Below, one piece after another: positions 24,130-37,007 of a DNA stretch of 64,000 nt (its first letter is position 1; every line of letters begins with the position of its first letter). A program made the position numbers and the translations under genes. This DNA is from an uncultured Spirochaetota bacterium (GTDB lineage Bacteria; Spirochaetota; Spirochaetia; SZUA-6; CAVTHK01), in NCBI GenBank assembly GCA_963734495.1, contig CAVTHK010000002.1:128001-192000 (forward strand). The letters run 5' to 3'. The notes under the pieces were generated by a model that was not told where the DNA came from, searched no databases, and saw nothing but the letters and a program-made list of their open reading frames with translations.

Positions 24130-24444
24130 ATGAAGCGCGAAGACTTCATGTTCACCGTGGGTTTCGACGGCGCCACGGCGGTCGTCGACGGCGAGATGAG
24201 ACGGCGCTACGGCCGCTCGGCCATCGGGGATCTCCTGACGGCGGGGTACTATCGCGCGGCCGCCTGCGCCGCGATTTTCGACGACGACGAAGCGGCCGTG
24301 CGGCAGGTGATCGAGGCGTTCAACGGGGCATCGGGAGGGGCGCTGCGGTCGCGGGACGACGTGGTCCGGCTGTTCGGAGTGCCCATGCAGGTTCTGAAGG
24401 GCGCCTCGGGCGAGCCGCCGCCGATAAAAGTCCAGGTGATCTGA
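24130..24444 (+). CDS. Small hypothetical protein (104 aa)
   Basis: [21 protein letters not shown]...; coding-like codon usage; fills the groEL-yajC gap. Confidence 0.7.
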   Translation: MKREDFMFTVGFDGATAVVDGEMRRRYGRSAIGDLLTAGYYRAAACAAIFDDDEAAVRQVIEAFNGASGGALRSRDDVVRLFGVPMQVLKGASGEPPPIKVQVI

Positions 24445-24520
24445 GGCGAAATCGCGGTGCAGGTCGCGGCCTGCCCGGCGAAGCCAGGGCGCTGCCCGGC
24501 GCGCCCGGCGCGAGCCAAGG

Positions 24521-24550
24521 TTGACCATGGGCGCGGCTGTGTGCTACGTT
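24521..24550 (+). promoter_or_regulatory. Putative sigma70 promoter for yajC-secD-secF-tkt
   Basis: TTGACC-18 nt-TACGTT with extended TG. Confidence 0.55.
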
Positions 24551-24588
24551 ACCCCGGCACTTTTTCCCACGCGAGAATGGAGGATTCC

Positions 24589-24981
24589 TTGTTCCAGTTC
24601 ATGCCCATTCTGCAGGACGGGGCGGGCGCGGGGCAACTCGTGAGCATGCTCATTCCTTTCGGACTGATCATCCTCGTCTTCTACTTCCTCATCATCCGCC
24701 CGCAGAACAAGAAGCAGAAAGAGACGCAGGCGATGCTCTCTTCGATCAAGAAGAACGATCGCGTCGTGACCATCGGCGGGATGCGGGGCACGGTCCAGGC
24801 CGTCAGGGACGACGCGATCGTGCTCAAGGTCGACGAAGACGTGAAGATCGAATTCAACAAGAGCGCGATCGCCTCGGTCATCCGGCCGCAGGCCTCGAAG
24901 AACGGCTCCAAGGAAGCCCCTTCCGACGAAGCCGGCGAAGCGAAGCAGAGCGAGCCCGAAGACAAGTCGAAGAGCAACTGC
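24589..24981 (+). CDS. yajC: Preprotein translocase subunit YajC; stop codon not seen, end approximate
   Basis: FYFLIIRPQNKKQKE, DRVVTIGGMRG, IEFNKSAI; GGAGG RBS before TTG 24589. The frame runs on past AACTGCCC at about 24980, where a TGA was probably lost. Confidence 0.88.
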
Positions 24982-25069
24982 CCGGGCGGGTCCGCCGTGC
25001 CTCCGGGCGGCGCGGCCAAGCCGTCTTCCTCGCGCCCCCGCCCGAGCAAGTCACGGAGTGAGAGCCCCA

Positions 25070-26819
25070 ATGAGCAAGCGATACCGATTCCTCCTCGTCC
25101 TGGCGATGGTGGCCGTCGCCGTGGGTTTCCTGACGCCCACCATCCGCTGGTACTGGTTCATCACGCCCGAGGACAAGCAGCTCGCCACCGGCAGCCGCTT
25201 CGAGATCCGGGAGTGGGCGCTGCGCCACGCGGCGGACAGGATCAAGGAGCTCAAGGCCGCCATCGCGAAGGACCCGGCGACCCCGATCCCCGAGGACATG
25301 CTCTTCCTCGCCGGCAAGATCAAGGAGCGGTACCGCGTCGAGCACAAGGCCGCCCCCAAGGTCTTTACGGTCAAGGACGTAGCCGACACCTACAAGGAAG
25401 CGGAGGTCATCGACGCGCTCACGACGCGCTTTCGCAGCGAGATCGAGGACGTGAAGGAGGTCCGCAACCGCATCATCACGCTCGGCCTCGACCTGCAGGG
25501 AGGCATGAGGGTGAGCCTCAAGGCCGACTTCCCGACCCTCGAGCAGGCCAAGGGCCACAGCCTGAGCGTCAAGGAGCGCGACGACGCCGTCAAAGGGGTG
25601 CTCGAAGTGCTCACCAACCGCATCGACCAGTTCGGCGTGAGCGAGCCGGTGATCCGCCGCGAAGGCGGGCCCACCAGCGACCGCATCCTCGTCGAGATGC
25701 CCGGCGCCGCCGACCCCGAGCGTATCCGGCGGGTCATCATCGGAAAGGGGCGGCTCGCCTTTCACATCGTCGACCAGGAGGCGCTCGCCAAGTTCATCCA
25801 GTTCCAGCAGGCGAACCCCCCGCCCTATCTCGACGTCGACGGGACGACGATCGCGGTCCCCGCGCTCAAGGCCCTTCTCGGCAACGACGTGATTCTGAGG
25901 AGGGTGGTGCAGAAGGACTCCTTCGGGATCGACCAGCCGGTCGGCTACGCGGTGCTGCAGGCCAAGCCCGGCCTCGACGGCGAGCGGGTCCAGGAGGCGT
26001 CGGTGCGGCAGGACCCGCTGACGAACCGTCCGGAGGTCATTTTCAGGCTCGACGGCCAGGGCGGCGACATCTTTTACAAGCTCACGAGCGACAACCGGGG
26101 CAAGGTCATGGCGGTGGTGCTCGACAACAACGTCAAGGCCCAGGCCACGATCCAGGACGCGATCAGGCAGGACGTGCGCGTCACCGGGTTCGGCACGGCC
26201 GAGGCGACGGACCTCGCGCTGGTGCTCAAGACGGGCGCGCTGCCGGTCCCCGTCAACATCAACAGCCAGGAGGCGGTGGGCGCCTCCCTCGGCGAGGATG
26301 CGATCCGCCAGGGGAGCACGCGCGGTCATCGTGGCGGTGGCGCTCGTCATGGGCTTCATGATCGTCTACTACAGGGGCCCGGGGATCGTCGCGAGCTTCG
26401 CCCTGGTCGTGAACATGTTTCTCATGGTGGCCGTGCTCTCGGTCTTCAACTTCACCCTGACGCTCCCCGGCATCGCGGGCTTCATCCTGAACCTGGGCAT
26501 GGGCGTCGACGCCAACGTGCTCATCTTCGAGCGCATGAAGGACGAGCAGCGGCTCGGCAAGTCGCGGGCGGCCTGCATCGAGAGCGGCTTCCACAAGGCG
26601 TTCTGGACCATCATGGACTCCCAGATCACGACGTTCATCGCGGCGATGTCGCTGGCGCAGTTCGGCAGCGGGCCCATCAAGGGCTTCGCGACCGTGCTCG
26701 CCGTCGGCATCATCACGACCCTGATCGCGGCACTGTTCGTGTCGCGCCTCGTCTTCGATTTCGTCACTGACGTGTTCAAGGCGACCAAGCTGAGGATCTC
26801 CTGGAGGCGCGCGCAATAA
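25070..26819 (+). CDS. secD: Protein translocase subunit SecD; frameshift near 26315
   Basis: LGLDLQGG, NRIDQFGVSEP, VGASLG, TLTLPGIAG, GMGVDANVLIFER, GSGPIKGFA. Confidence 0.95.
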
Positions 26820-28095
26820 TGAAGAACGTCATCCATTTCTCGCGCATCCGCAGATGGATGTACGCGCTGTCGTTGACGTGCATCATCGGCGGGTTCGCGG
26901 TCACCTACCTGCGCGGCGGGTTCAACCTCGAGCGTGGACTTCACGGGCGGAGTGAGCAAGGACTTCCAGGTGGTGCCGAGGGCGCTCACGCTGCGCTACG
27001 AAGGCCAGGGGCGGACGCTGGTGGAGCTGGCGACGGACTCGCTGACGCTGCGGGTGCAGAGGCCGGGCGCCGACGAGAAGAGGCTCGACTTCCCGCTGCG
27101 CAACTACCCCCACATCGCCGACCTGGCAGCGGCCCTGCGCATGATCGACGGCGTGCGCGTCGAGACGGCGCAGGGGGCCGAGACGCTGCCGTCGACGTCT
27201 GCTCATTCCGCTGAGCTTCCCGATCGACGTTTCGGCGCAGGGCGCCGCGCTCAACAGGACGCTCGCCGACACCGAGCAGGTCTACGCGACGATCGCGACC
27301 GTGCGCGAGTCGCTGGCCGAGCTCGGCGAGTTCGACCTTCAGACGATCGGCCGGCCCCGCGACCAGTCGTTCGTGATCAAGCTGGCCGCGGTGCGGGAAG
27401 AGGGCAGCGCCGACTATCTCGCGCGCGTCGACCGCGTCATCGCCGATAACCTCGGGCGCCGCTTCCCCGGCTCCGACGTCCTGCTGCGGCAGACCAGCTT
27501 CGTGGACGCCGCGTTCTCGGGAGAGCTCATCAGGGCCGCCTTCTGGAGCATCCTGGTGGCGCTCATCCTGATGATGATCTACTGCACCTTCCGGTTCAAG
27601 TTCGTCTACGCGGCCGCGGCGATGCTCGCGACCGTGCACGACCCGCTGCTCATGGTGGCCTACGTCGGCGCCTTCCACATCGAGTTCTCTTCGACCACGG
27701 TGGCGGCGCTGCTCACCATCCTCGGCTACTCGATCAACGACACGATCGTCGTCTTCGACCGCGTGCGCGAGAACTTCGGCCTGATGCCTCAGGCCGACCG
27801 CGCGCTCGTGATCGACACGAGCGTCACGCAGACCCTCAGCCGGACGATCATCACGAACCTGACGGCGCAGATCTCGGTGCTTACCATCTTCCTGATCGGC
27901 ACCGGAGTGATCCGCGACTTCGCCATCGTGATGACCGTCGGAATGGTCGTCGGCACCTACTCTTCGATCTACATCGCGGCGCCCGTGGTCCTCGAGTGGC
28001 AGAGACTGCTGGACAGGCGCCGCAAGGAGAGGGACTCCCGCGCGGGCGGCGGCCGGCAGCCGCAGCCGCACGCGGGCGAGACCGCGCGGGCGTAG
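26819..28095 (+). CDS. secF: Protein translocase subunit SecF; frameshifts near 26930 and 27210
   Basis: [49 protein letters not shown] coupling with secD. Confidence 0.93.
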
Positions 28096-28114
28096 TCGGG
28101 TCTGGAGGACAGAG

Positions 28115-30093
28115 GTGGACACCAAGGCTCTGGAGGCGGTAGCGCTTTCCATTCGATCGCTGTCGATGGACGCCGTGCAGGCGGCCAAGTCCGGGCACCC
28201 GGGCCTGCCCATGGGGATGGCGGAGCTCGGCGCGCTCTTGTACGGGGAGCTGCTGAGCCACGATCCCTCGGCGCCGCTGTGGCCGAACCGCGACCGTTTC
28301 GTGCTCTCCGCGGGGCACGGCTCGATGCTCCTGTACTCGCTGCTGCATCTGTCGGGCTACGACCTGCCGCTCGCCGAGATCAAGCGGTTCCGGCAGCTGG
28401 GCTCGCGCACCCCCGGGCACCCGGAGCGCGGCGTGGTGCCCGGCGTCGAGACCACGACCGGCCCGCTCGGCCAGGGCGTGGGCAACGGCGTGGGGATGGC
28501 GATCGCCGAGCGCATGCTCGCGGCGAGGTTCAACACGCCGAGGCACTCGATCGTCGATCACTACACCTACGTCCTCGCCGGCGACGGCTGCATGATGGAA
28601 GGGGTGAGCTCCGAGTCCGCCTCGCTCGCGGGACACCTCGGCCTCGGCAAGCTCATCGTCTTCTACGACTCGAACAGGATCACGATCGAAGGGTCGACCG
28701 AGCCTCGCGTTCACCGAGGACGTCGCCGCCCGGTTCAAGGCGTACAACTGGCACGTGCAGTCGGGCGACGCCTACGACCTGGAGGAGATCGCCCGGATGG
28801 TGCAGGCAGCCAGGGCGGATGCCGACAGGCCGAGCCTGATCGTGCTGCGGAGCACCATCGCGAAGGGATCGCCGCACAAGGCCGGGAGCGCGGAGGCGCA
28901 CGGGGCGCCGCTCGGCGAAGACGAGGTCAAGGCGACGCGCAAGGCGCTCGGCCTGGCCGAGGACGCCGCCTTCTACGTTGCGCCCGCCGCGGTCGAGTAC
29001 TTCGCCTCGCGCCGCAGGAGCTGGGAGAAGAGGCGGCGGGACTGGGAAAAGCTGTTCGCCGACTGGTCCGCCGCGAACCCTGAGCTGGCGGCGGAATGGG
29101 CGCTCTGGCACGCGGAGCCGCGGATCGACGTCAAGCGACCTGCCGGAGTTCGAGGCCGGCAGCAAGGCCGCGACCCGCAACGCGGGCGGAAAGGTGCTCA
29201 ACGCCCTCGCGAAGATCGTCCCGAACCTCATCGGCGGTTCCGCGGACCTCGAGCCCTCCAACAAGAGCGCCGTGAGCGGCGCGCCGGACTTCCGCAAGGG
29301 CGCGTGGGGCGGGCGCAACATGCACTTCGGCGTGCGCGAGCACGCCATGGGCGCGGTCGTGAACGGGATGGCCCTGCACGGCGGGCTGCGGCCCTACGGC
29401 GCGACCTTCCTGGTGTTCGCCGACTACATGAGGCCGTCGATCCGCCTCGCGGCGCTCATGAAGCTGCCGGTCATCTACGTCTTCACCCACGACTCGATCT
29501 ACGTCGGCGAGGACGGGCCGACCCACCAGCCGGTGGAGCAGCTCGCGAGCCTGCGCGCCATCCCGAACCTCGTGGTCCTGCGTCCCGCGGACGCCGAGGA
29601 GACCGCGATGGCCTGGAAGATGGCGCTGGAGCGCACGGACGGGCCGACCGCGCTCGCGCTCACGCGCCAGGACCTGGCCGTGCTGCCGAAGCCGGGCGCC
29701 GACTGGCGGTCGGCCATCACCCGCGGCGCGTACGTCGTGCGGGAATCGCAGGGAGCCCCTCGGGTCGTGATCGTGGCCACGGGAAGCGAGGTCGAGCTCG
29801 CGGTCAAGGCCGCGGAGAAGCTGGGCGACCGCGGCATCCGCGTCGTTTCCATGATCTCGCGCGATCTCTTCCTCAAGCAGGACGAAGGCTTCCGGCGGTC
29901 GCTGCTGCCCTCGGGCTCGAAGCGGCTCGTCATCGAAGCCGGAGTGAGCTTCGGCTGGGAGGGGATCGCGGGCGAGGGCGGCAGGATCCTCGCGATCGAT
30001 CGCTTCGGCGAGTCCGGCCCGGCCAAAGATGTCGGCCGAGCCTTCGGCTTTACCGAAGAGAACGTCATCGCCGAGATCGGCAAGCTGCGATAA
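28115..30093 (+). CDS. tkt: Transketolase; frameshifts near 28700 and 29135
   Basis: [33 protein letters not shown] (ThDP motif), [24 protein letters not shown]. Confidence 0.96.
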
Positions 30094-30207
30094 GGGGGCC
30101 GTGCGTCCGGCACCGCGTGCCGCGTGCGCGCCCTGATCCGTCCCTTTCCGGCTGCACTCCCGTTCCCCGTTCCACTGGGCACGCAGAGGTGCGCGGAGGC
30201 TGCGGCG

Positions 30208-30236
30208 TTGATGGCCCGCGGGGCTCATGTTAGGAT
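30208..30236 (+). promoter_or_regulatory. Putative sigma70 promoter of the murG operon
   Basis: TTGATG-17 nt-TAGGAT with extended TG. Confidence 0.6.
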
Positions 30237-30330
30237 GACCGGGCCGTGATCCCGTCAGGCGGACGCGCGGCGAGCACCGGGCGGGAGCATCCCGGGGCGG
30301 CGCGCGCCCGGCCCGCCGGAGGAGCAGCGC

Positions 30331-31413
30331 TTGGCAAGCAGGAGGATCGTGTTCACGGGAGGCGGGACGGCCGGCCACGTCTATCCGGCGCTCGCCGTCA
30401 TCGGAGAGCTGGGGCCGGATGTCGAGGTGAGCTGGATCGGCTCGCGTGCCGGTATGGAGCGCGGGCTCGTGACCCAGGCCGGCATCCGCTATCACGCGAT
30501 CCCGTCGGGCAAATGGCGGCGCTACGCGTCGCCGGCGAACGTGTTCGACATCTTCAGGGTCTTTGCCGGCGTGGCCGCGGCGGTCGCGGTCCTTCTGCGC
30601 GAGCGGCCGGCGCTGCTCTTCTCGAAAGGCGGCTACGTGACGGTGCCGCCCGTGGTCGCGGCCCGGATGCTCGGGATCCCGGTCATGACGCACGAGTCCG
30701 ACACCGACCCCGGCCTCGCGACGCGCATCAACGCGCGCTTCGCCGACGTCATCTTCACCTCCTTCGCCGAGACCGCCGCATGGTTCCCGCCCGCGCTCCG
30801 CGGCCGGGTGCAGCCCGCGGGGAACCCGGTCCGCGCCGCCTTCTTCCGGGGCGACGCGGTCCGGGCGAGGGCCGCGCTCGACGCGCCGCCGGACGTCCCG
30901 ATCGTGCTGGTGCTGGGCGGGAGCCTCGGGAGCGAGAGCGTCAATCGCCTGGTGCGGGGCGCGCTGCCGTCGCTCGCCGGCCGCTGCCTGGTCGTCCACC
31001 AGACGGGCGCCCGCGACTTCGCCCCCGCCGATCCGGCGCTCGCGGCGCGGTACCGGACGATCGCCTTTGTCCGGGAGGAGCTGCCCGACCTGATGGCGGC
31101 TGCGGCCCTCGTCGTCGCCCGTTCCGGGGCCAACACGCTCGCCGAGCTCGCCGCCAGCGGCGCCCCCGCCCTGCTCGTGCCGTTGGGCCTCTCCGGGAGC
31201 CGCGGCGATCAGATCCGCAACGCGGCCTATTTCGAGGCGAGGGGCGCGGCCGAAGTGTTCCGCGGGTCGGCGCCCGAGGACCTCGCCGGCGCGGTGCTCC
31301 GCCTGCTCGGCGACCCGGAGCGCCGGGCGGCGATGGCGCGCGCCATGCGCGGACTGGCCGCGCCGGACGCGGCGGCGCGCATCGCGGCCGTAATCCGCGA
31401 GCGCATTTCATGA
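30331..31413 (+). CDS. murG: Lipid II GlcNAc transferase MurG
   Basis: TGGGTAGHVYPALA, KGGYV, HESD, GNPVR, GGSLG, DQIRNA; TTG start with GGAGG RBS. Confidence 0.95.
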   Translation: MASRRIVFTGGGTAGHVYPALAVIGELGPDVEVSWIGSRAGMERGLVTQAGIRYHAIPSGKWRRYASPANVFDIFRVFAGVAAAVAVLLRERPALLFSKGGYVTVPPVVAARMLGIPVMTHESDTDPGLATRINARFADVIFTSFAETAAWFPPALRGRVQPAGNPVRAAFFRGDAVRARAALDAPPDVPIVLVLGGSLGSESVNRLVRGALPSLAGRCLVVHQTGARDFAPADPALAARYRTIAFVREELPDLMAAAALVVARSGANTLAELAASGAPALLVPLGLSGSRGDQIRNAAYFEARGAAEVFRGSAPEDLAGAVLRLLGDPERRAAMARAMRGLAAPDAAARIAAVIRERIS

Positions 31414-31895
31414 GCCTGTCCGCGCTCGACGCCGCCCTCGGCCTCGTGCTCGCCGCGCTGGCCGTGCGGGGCGTCATCCGCGGGTTCGTTGCAGAGGCGT
31501 TCGCCCTCGCTGCGGTCGCCCTCGGGACGCTCGGCGCGGTGCTCTTTGCAGGCTCTCTCTCCGTGGGAATCGAGAAGGTCCTCGGGCCTTCGATCTGGAG
31601 CGGGGTCCTCGCCGTTCTCTTCCTCTTCGTGGTGGTCTACCTCGTCGTGGCCCTGCTCGGCGCCGGCATGCGCGCAGGCGTGGAGAGCCTGTCGCTCGAG
31701 CAGCTCGACCGGGCGCTCGGGCTGCTGCTCGGAGCGCTCGAAGGTCTCTTGGTCGTCACGGGGCTCGTCGTTATACTAAAGGTGCAGCCGCTGTTCGATG
31801 CCCGCAGCCTCCTGCATGCGAGCTTCTTTGCCCGGACCCTGCTGCCGCTGCTCGGTGCCACGGCGGAATCATTCGGTTGGACGATCGGGGTCTGA
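31410..31895 (+). CDS. cvpA: CvpA (colicin V production) family membrane protein
   Basis: RGVIRGFVAE and LDRALGLLLGALEG; four TM segments; ATGA overlap with murG. Confidence 0.85.
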   Translation: MSLSALDAALGLVLAALAVRGVIRGFVAEAFALAAVALGTLGAVLFAGSLSVGIEKVLGPSIWSGVLAVLFLFVVVYLVVALLGAGMRAGVESLSLEQLDRALGLLLGALEGLLVVTGLVVILKVQPLFDARSLLHASFFARTLLPLLGATAESFGWTIGV

Positions 31896-33139
31896 TGTTC
31901 GATAACGTGATCGGTCATAGAGAAACAGTCGCGCTGCTCGCGGCCCAGCTCAACGGGGGGGCCTTCCCCAGGGCCGTGCTGTTCCACGGTCCCGCGTATT
32001 CCGGCAAGCTCTCGGCGGCGCTCGAAGCCGCACGCGCGCTCTGCTGCCTTCGCCGCGACGCGGAGTGGGGCTGCCCCTGCGCGTCCTGCGACCGGCACCG
32101 GTCGCTGACGCACCCGGACCTGCTCCTGCTCGGGCCGCGCTACTTCGACGTCGAGATGGCCGCGTCCGCAGACGCGTTCCGCCGCACGGGCGTGCAGGCG
32201 GCCCGCTACCTGTTCGTGCGGGCGGTGCGCAAGCTGCTGCGTCGCTTCGACCCCGTGCTGTGGGACGCGGAGAGCGCCGAGGGGCGCAAGGTCCTCGCGC
32301 AGGTGGCCGCCGCGGAAGAGGCGATCGACGCCCTGCCGGCCGAAGGGGCGCCTCCCGAGCGGCTGGAAAAGGCGGCGCGGACCGTGGTCGAGAGCGCCTC
32401 GAGGCTGCTCGACAACTTCCGTACGCCGAACATCCCGGTGCAGCAGATCCGCCGGCTCGCGCAGTGGGCGCATCTCGCGCCGTCGATCTCGCGCAAGGTG
32501 GCGATCATCGAAGGCGCCGAGGCGATCAACGACAGCTCGCGCAGCGCCCTGCTCAAGCTCCTCGAGGAGCCGCCCGAAGGGGTGACGCTGATCGTCACCG
32601 CCGTGCGCCGCGGGGCCATCATCCCGACGATCCTCTCGCGCCTGCGGCCGTACCACTTCGCGGAGCGGCCGCCCGGGGAGCAGGCCGACGTCCTGCGCCG
32701 GATCTTCCGCGAGGAGCCGGGCGAGTACCCCCTGCTCCGCGACTACTTTCTCGCCTGGAAAGCGCTGAACCCGAACCTCCTCCGAGCGCTCGCGGGGCGT
32801 TTCGTCGCCCTGCTCGCCGAGGGCGGCTCCGCCGACGGGGGCGTGCGCGGGCTGATCGACGAGCTCGCGCAGGGCGAGCCCGCCGCCGAGGGCGCGGGAT
32901 CGGAAGGAACCGCCCCGGCATCGAGGCGCCGGGGGCTCAGGCCCGAGGCGTTCCGGGTGTTCTGCGAGGAGCTGCTCGCGGATCTCCGCGGCAGGCTCGC
33001 CCACGAAAGGCCGGGGTTGCTCGTGCTCGAGCGGTGGACGGCGCTGGTGCGCGAGACCGCGGAGTTCGCGCGGCTGTACAACCCGGATCCCGCGCTGCAG
33101 CTCGAGAGCCTGTACTATCGCATGAGGGCGGCGTCGTGA
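31895..33139 (+). CDS. holB: DNA polymerase III delta' subunit-like protein
   Basis: MFDNVIGH, LFHGPAYSGK, C..C Zn motif, KVAIIEGAE, SALLKLLEEPP, PTILSR. Confidence 0.82.
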   Translation: MFDNVIGHRETVALLAAQLNGGAFPRAVLFHGPAYSGKLSAALEAARALCCLRRDAEWGCPCASCDRHRSLTHPDLLLLGPRYFDVEMAASADAFRRTGVQAARYLFVRAVRKLLRRFDPVLWDAESAEGRKVLAQVAAAEEAIDALPAEGAPPERLEKAARTVVESASRLLDNFRTPNIPVQQIRRLAQWAHLAPSISRKVAIIEGAEAINDSSRSALLKLLEEPPEGVTLIVTAVRRGAIIPTILSRLRPYHFAERPPGEQADVLRRIFREEPGEYPLLRDYFLAWKALNPNLLRALAGRFVALLAEGGSADGGVRGLIDELAQGEPAAEGAGSEGTAPASRRRGLRPEAFRVFCEELLADLRGRLAHERPGLLVLERWTALVRETAEFARLYNPDPALQLESLYYRMRAAS

Positions 33140-34298
33140 AGCGTTTCGTGCGCCGCGCCCTGGCCAAGCTCGAGAAGCTCGACCCCCAGAGCATCCGCTC
33201 CCTCATCGAGGCGGTCTCCACCGAGAACGAGCTCTTCGACATGGTGATGGATTCCATGGCGACCGGCATCGTGGTGCTCGACCAGGCGAGCCACGTGCTG
33301 CTCGCCAACAAGGCCTCCGAGCGCCTCGTGGCCATGGATCGGGCGGATCTGCTCGAGGGTCCGATCTGGGAGGCGGTGTCGGACCACGAGATCGCGGACT
33401 TCCTCAAGGATCGGCTGGAGAAGCAGGAGCGCGTCACCGAGCACGACTTCGCGCTGGAGGAGCCGGGCCCGCGCATCGTATCGATCTCGATCCTGCCGCT
33501 CGTGCAGAGCGGCGAGATCCACGGGAGCCTGCTGACCATCGAGGACGTCACCGAGCGGCGCGCCAACGAGGCGCGCCTGCGCCGCGCGGAGAGCCTCGCG
33601 GCGCTCACGACGCTCACCGCGGGCGTCGCCCACGAGATCAAGAACCCCCTCGCGTCCATCGGGATCCACCTGCAGCTCATGCAGAAGCAGCTCAAGAACA
33701 GGGAGGAGGTGCGGGCGGCGGACCTCAAGCAGTACCTCGACATCGTCGGCGAGGAAGTCGACCGGCTCAACATGATCGTCGTCGACTACCTGATGGCCGT
33801 GCGGCCGAGCGAGGGCCAGCTTGAGCCCGGCGACCTCAACGAGGTCATCCGCGACATCACCGCCTTCCTGCAGTTCGAGCTCAAGGGGGCGCGCGTCGAG
33901 CTCATCGAGGAGTTCTCGGAGATTCCGAAGGTCGAGCTCGACGAGAAGACCCTCAAGCAGGCCCTGCTCAACCTCATCAAGAACGCGATCGAAGCGATGC
34001 CCCGCGGCGGCACGCTCTGGATCGGGACCTCCCGGCAGCGCGACCGCGTGATGGTGAAGATCCGGGATACCGGCGTCGGGATACCCGAGGATCTCATGGG
34101 CAAGATCTTCGAGCCCTACTTCACCACCAAGGATTCCTCGTCCGGGCTCGGCCTCACCGTGGTGTACAAGATCATCAAGGAGCACCACGGGGAGGTGTCG
34201 GTGAGCTCGCGCGAAGGAGAGGGGACCACCTTCACGCTGACCTTCCCGGTGCCGCAGGGCAAGCGGCGCCTCATCGGTTATGAAGGGGAGGAGCAGGA

Positions 34299-34302
<4 letters not shown>
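33136..34302 (+). CDS. Cytoplasmic PAS-domain sensor histidine kinase (NtrB/Hk2-like)
   Basis: PAS segment, H-box AHEIKNPL, N-box NLIKNAIEA, DTGVG, FEPYFTTK, GLGL; no TM. Confidence 0.93.
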
Positions 34303-35699
<1,397 letters not shown>

Positions 35700-36934
35700 G
35701 GGCCGCGCCTATACGGCGGAGCGCTGGCGCTTGCCCGACGTCTCGCGGGGCTTGCCCGCTCCCTGGGGGTCTTGCCTGCCGGCTCCGCGCGGCGTCTGCG
35801 CGCCGGCGCGCGGCCCGCGGTCCGGCGGGCCTTGCCCGCGTTCAGCGAGTAGAAGCCGAGCATCGTCCCCGCCCAGACGACCAGCACGAGGTAGGTGTTG
35901 GCCTCTTCGGGCAGGATGACCGAGGTGATCGCCACCACGCTCAGGTAGAGGCTGAAGCCGTAGATCACGGCGAGGATGTGCCGCTCGCCCAGCCCGAGCG
36001 CCAGCAGCTTGTGGTGCAGGTGCTCCTTGTCCGGTGAGAACGGGTGGCGCCCCTGGCGCACGCGCCGGATGATGGCGGTCCCGGTGTCCATGATCGGGAT
36101 GATGAGCAGCGTAAACGGAATGATCAGGCTGCCCACCGTGGCCATCTTCGAGATGCCGAGCAGCGGAATCGTGGCCAGCGTGAAACCCAGGAAATAGGCG
36201 CCCGAGTCGCCCATGAAGATCCGCGCGGGCGGGAGGTTGTAGCGGAGAAATCCGGCGATGGCCCCCGCCAGCGACAGGGCGAGCAGCGCGGCCTCGAAGC
36301 GGCCCTGGATGAGGGCCACGACTCCCATCGTGAGCGACGCGAACAGGCTGATGCCGCCCGCGAGCCCGTCCATGCCGTCTATGAGATTGATCGCGTTCGC
36401 GATCCCGATGATCCAGAGGATCGTGACCGGGTAGGCGGCCAGACCGAGGGAGATCTTCCCGAGGTAGGGGAGGCTCACCGAGTTGATGAGAAAGCCCCCG
36501 CAGGTCACGATGCCCGCGGCGAGCACCTGGATCACGAGCTTGAGCGGCGCCCGCAGGGCGCGGAAATCGTCCGCGAGGCCCATGCCGTGGATCAGGGCCA
36601 TCCCGACGAGCATCGCGGCATAGTTGGGCTCGAGGATGCCCGGGCTGCCTCCCGGCTTCGCGATCAGGCGCACGATCGAGATCGCCACCGCCGCGACCAG
36701 GAACGAGACGAACATCCCGACGCCGCCGAGGCGCGGGACCAGGTTCGTGTGGATCTTGCGGTGGTTGGGCATGTCGTACCACCCGAACCTGTACGCAAGA
36801 CGCATGACCAGGGGCGTGAAGCAGAATACGTTGAGGAGCAACGCCACGATCCCTGCCGCGACGGAGCTTTGCCAGATGTTCATGGGGCCTGCTGCCGACT
36901 GTAGCACTGCGGGCGATCTGTCGCCACGCCCGGC

Positions 36935-36963
36935 AGGATACGCTCGACCGCGCCTGCTGTCAA
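36935..36963 (-). promoter_or_regulatory. Sigma70 promoter for the wecA-like gene
   Basis: Minus strand TTGACA(36963-36958)-17 nt-TATCCT(36940-36935). Confidence 0.72.
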
Positions 36964-36971
36964 CGCTCAGG

Positions 36972-37001
36972 TTGACCGCGGCGCGCGCGATCGGCTACGG
37001 T
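36972..37001 (+). promoter_or_regulatory. Sigma70 promoter for uxaB (leaderless configuration)
   Basis: TTGACC-18 nt-TACGGT, ending 6 nt before ATG 37008; no SD. Confidence 0.6.
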
Positions 37002-37007
37002 AGCCGC

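Noticed and set aside
24457-26361. 634-aa extended YajC
   Set aside because: After about 24980 the frame is non-protein-like and overlaps secD out of frame; a lost stop codon is more likely.
30174-30195. Sigma54 promoter upstream of murG (TGGGCACGCAGAGGTGC)
   Set aside because: GG-to-GC spacing is 11 nt, not 10, and TTGC is missing; a good sigma70 promoter is adjacent.
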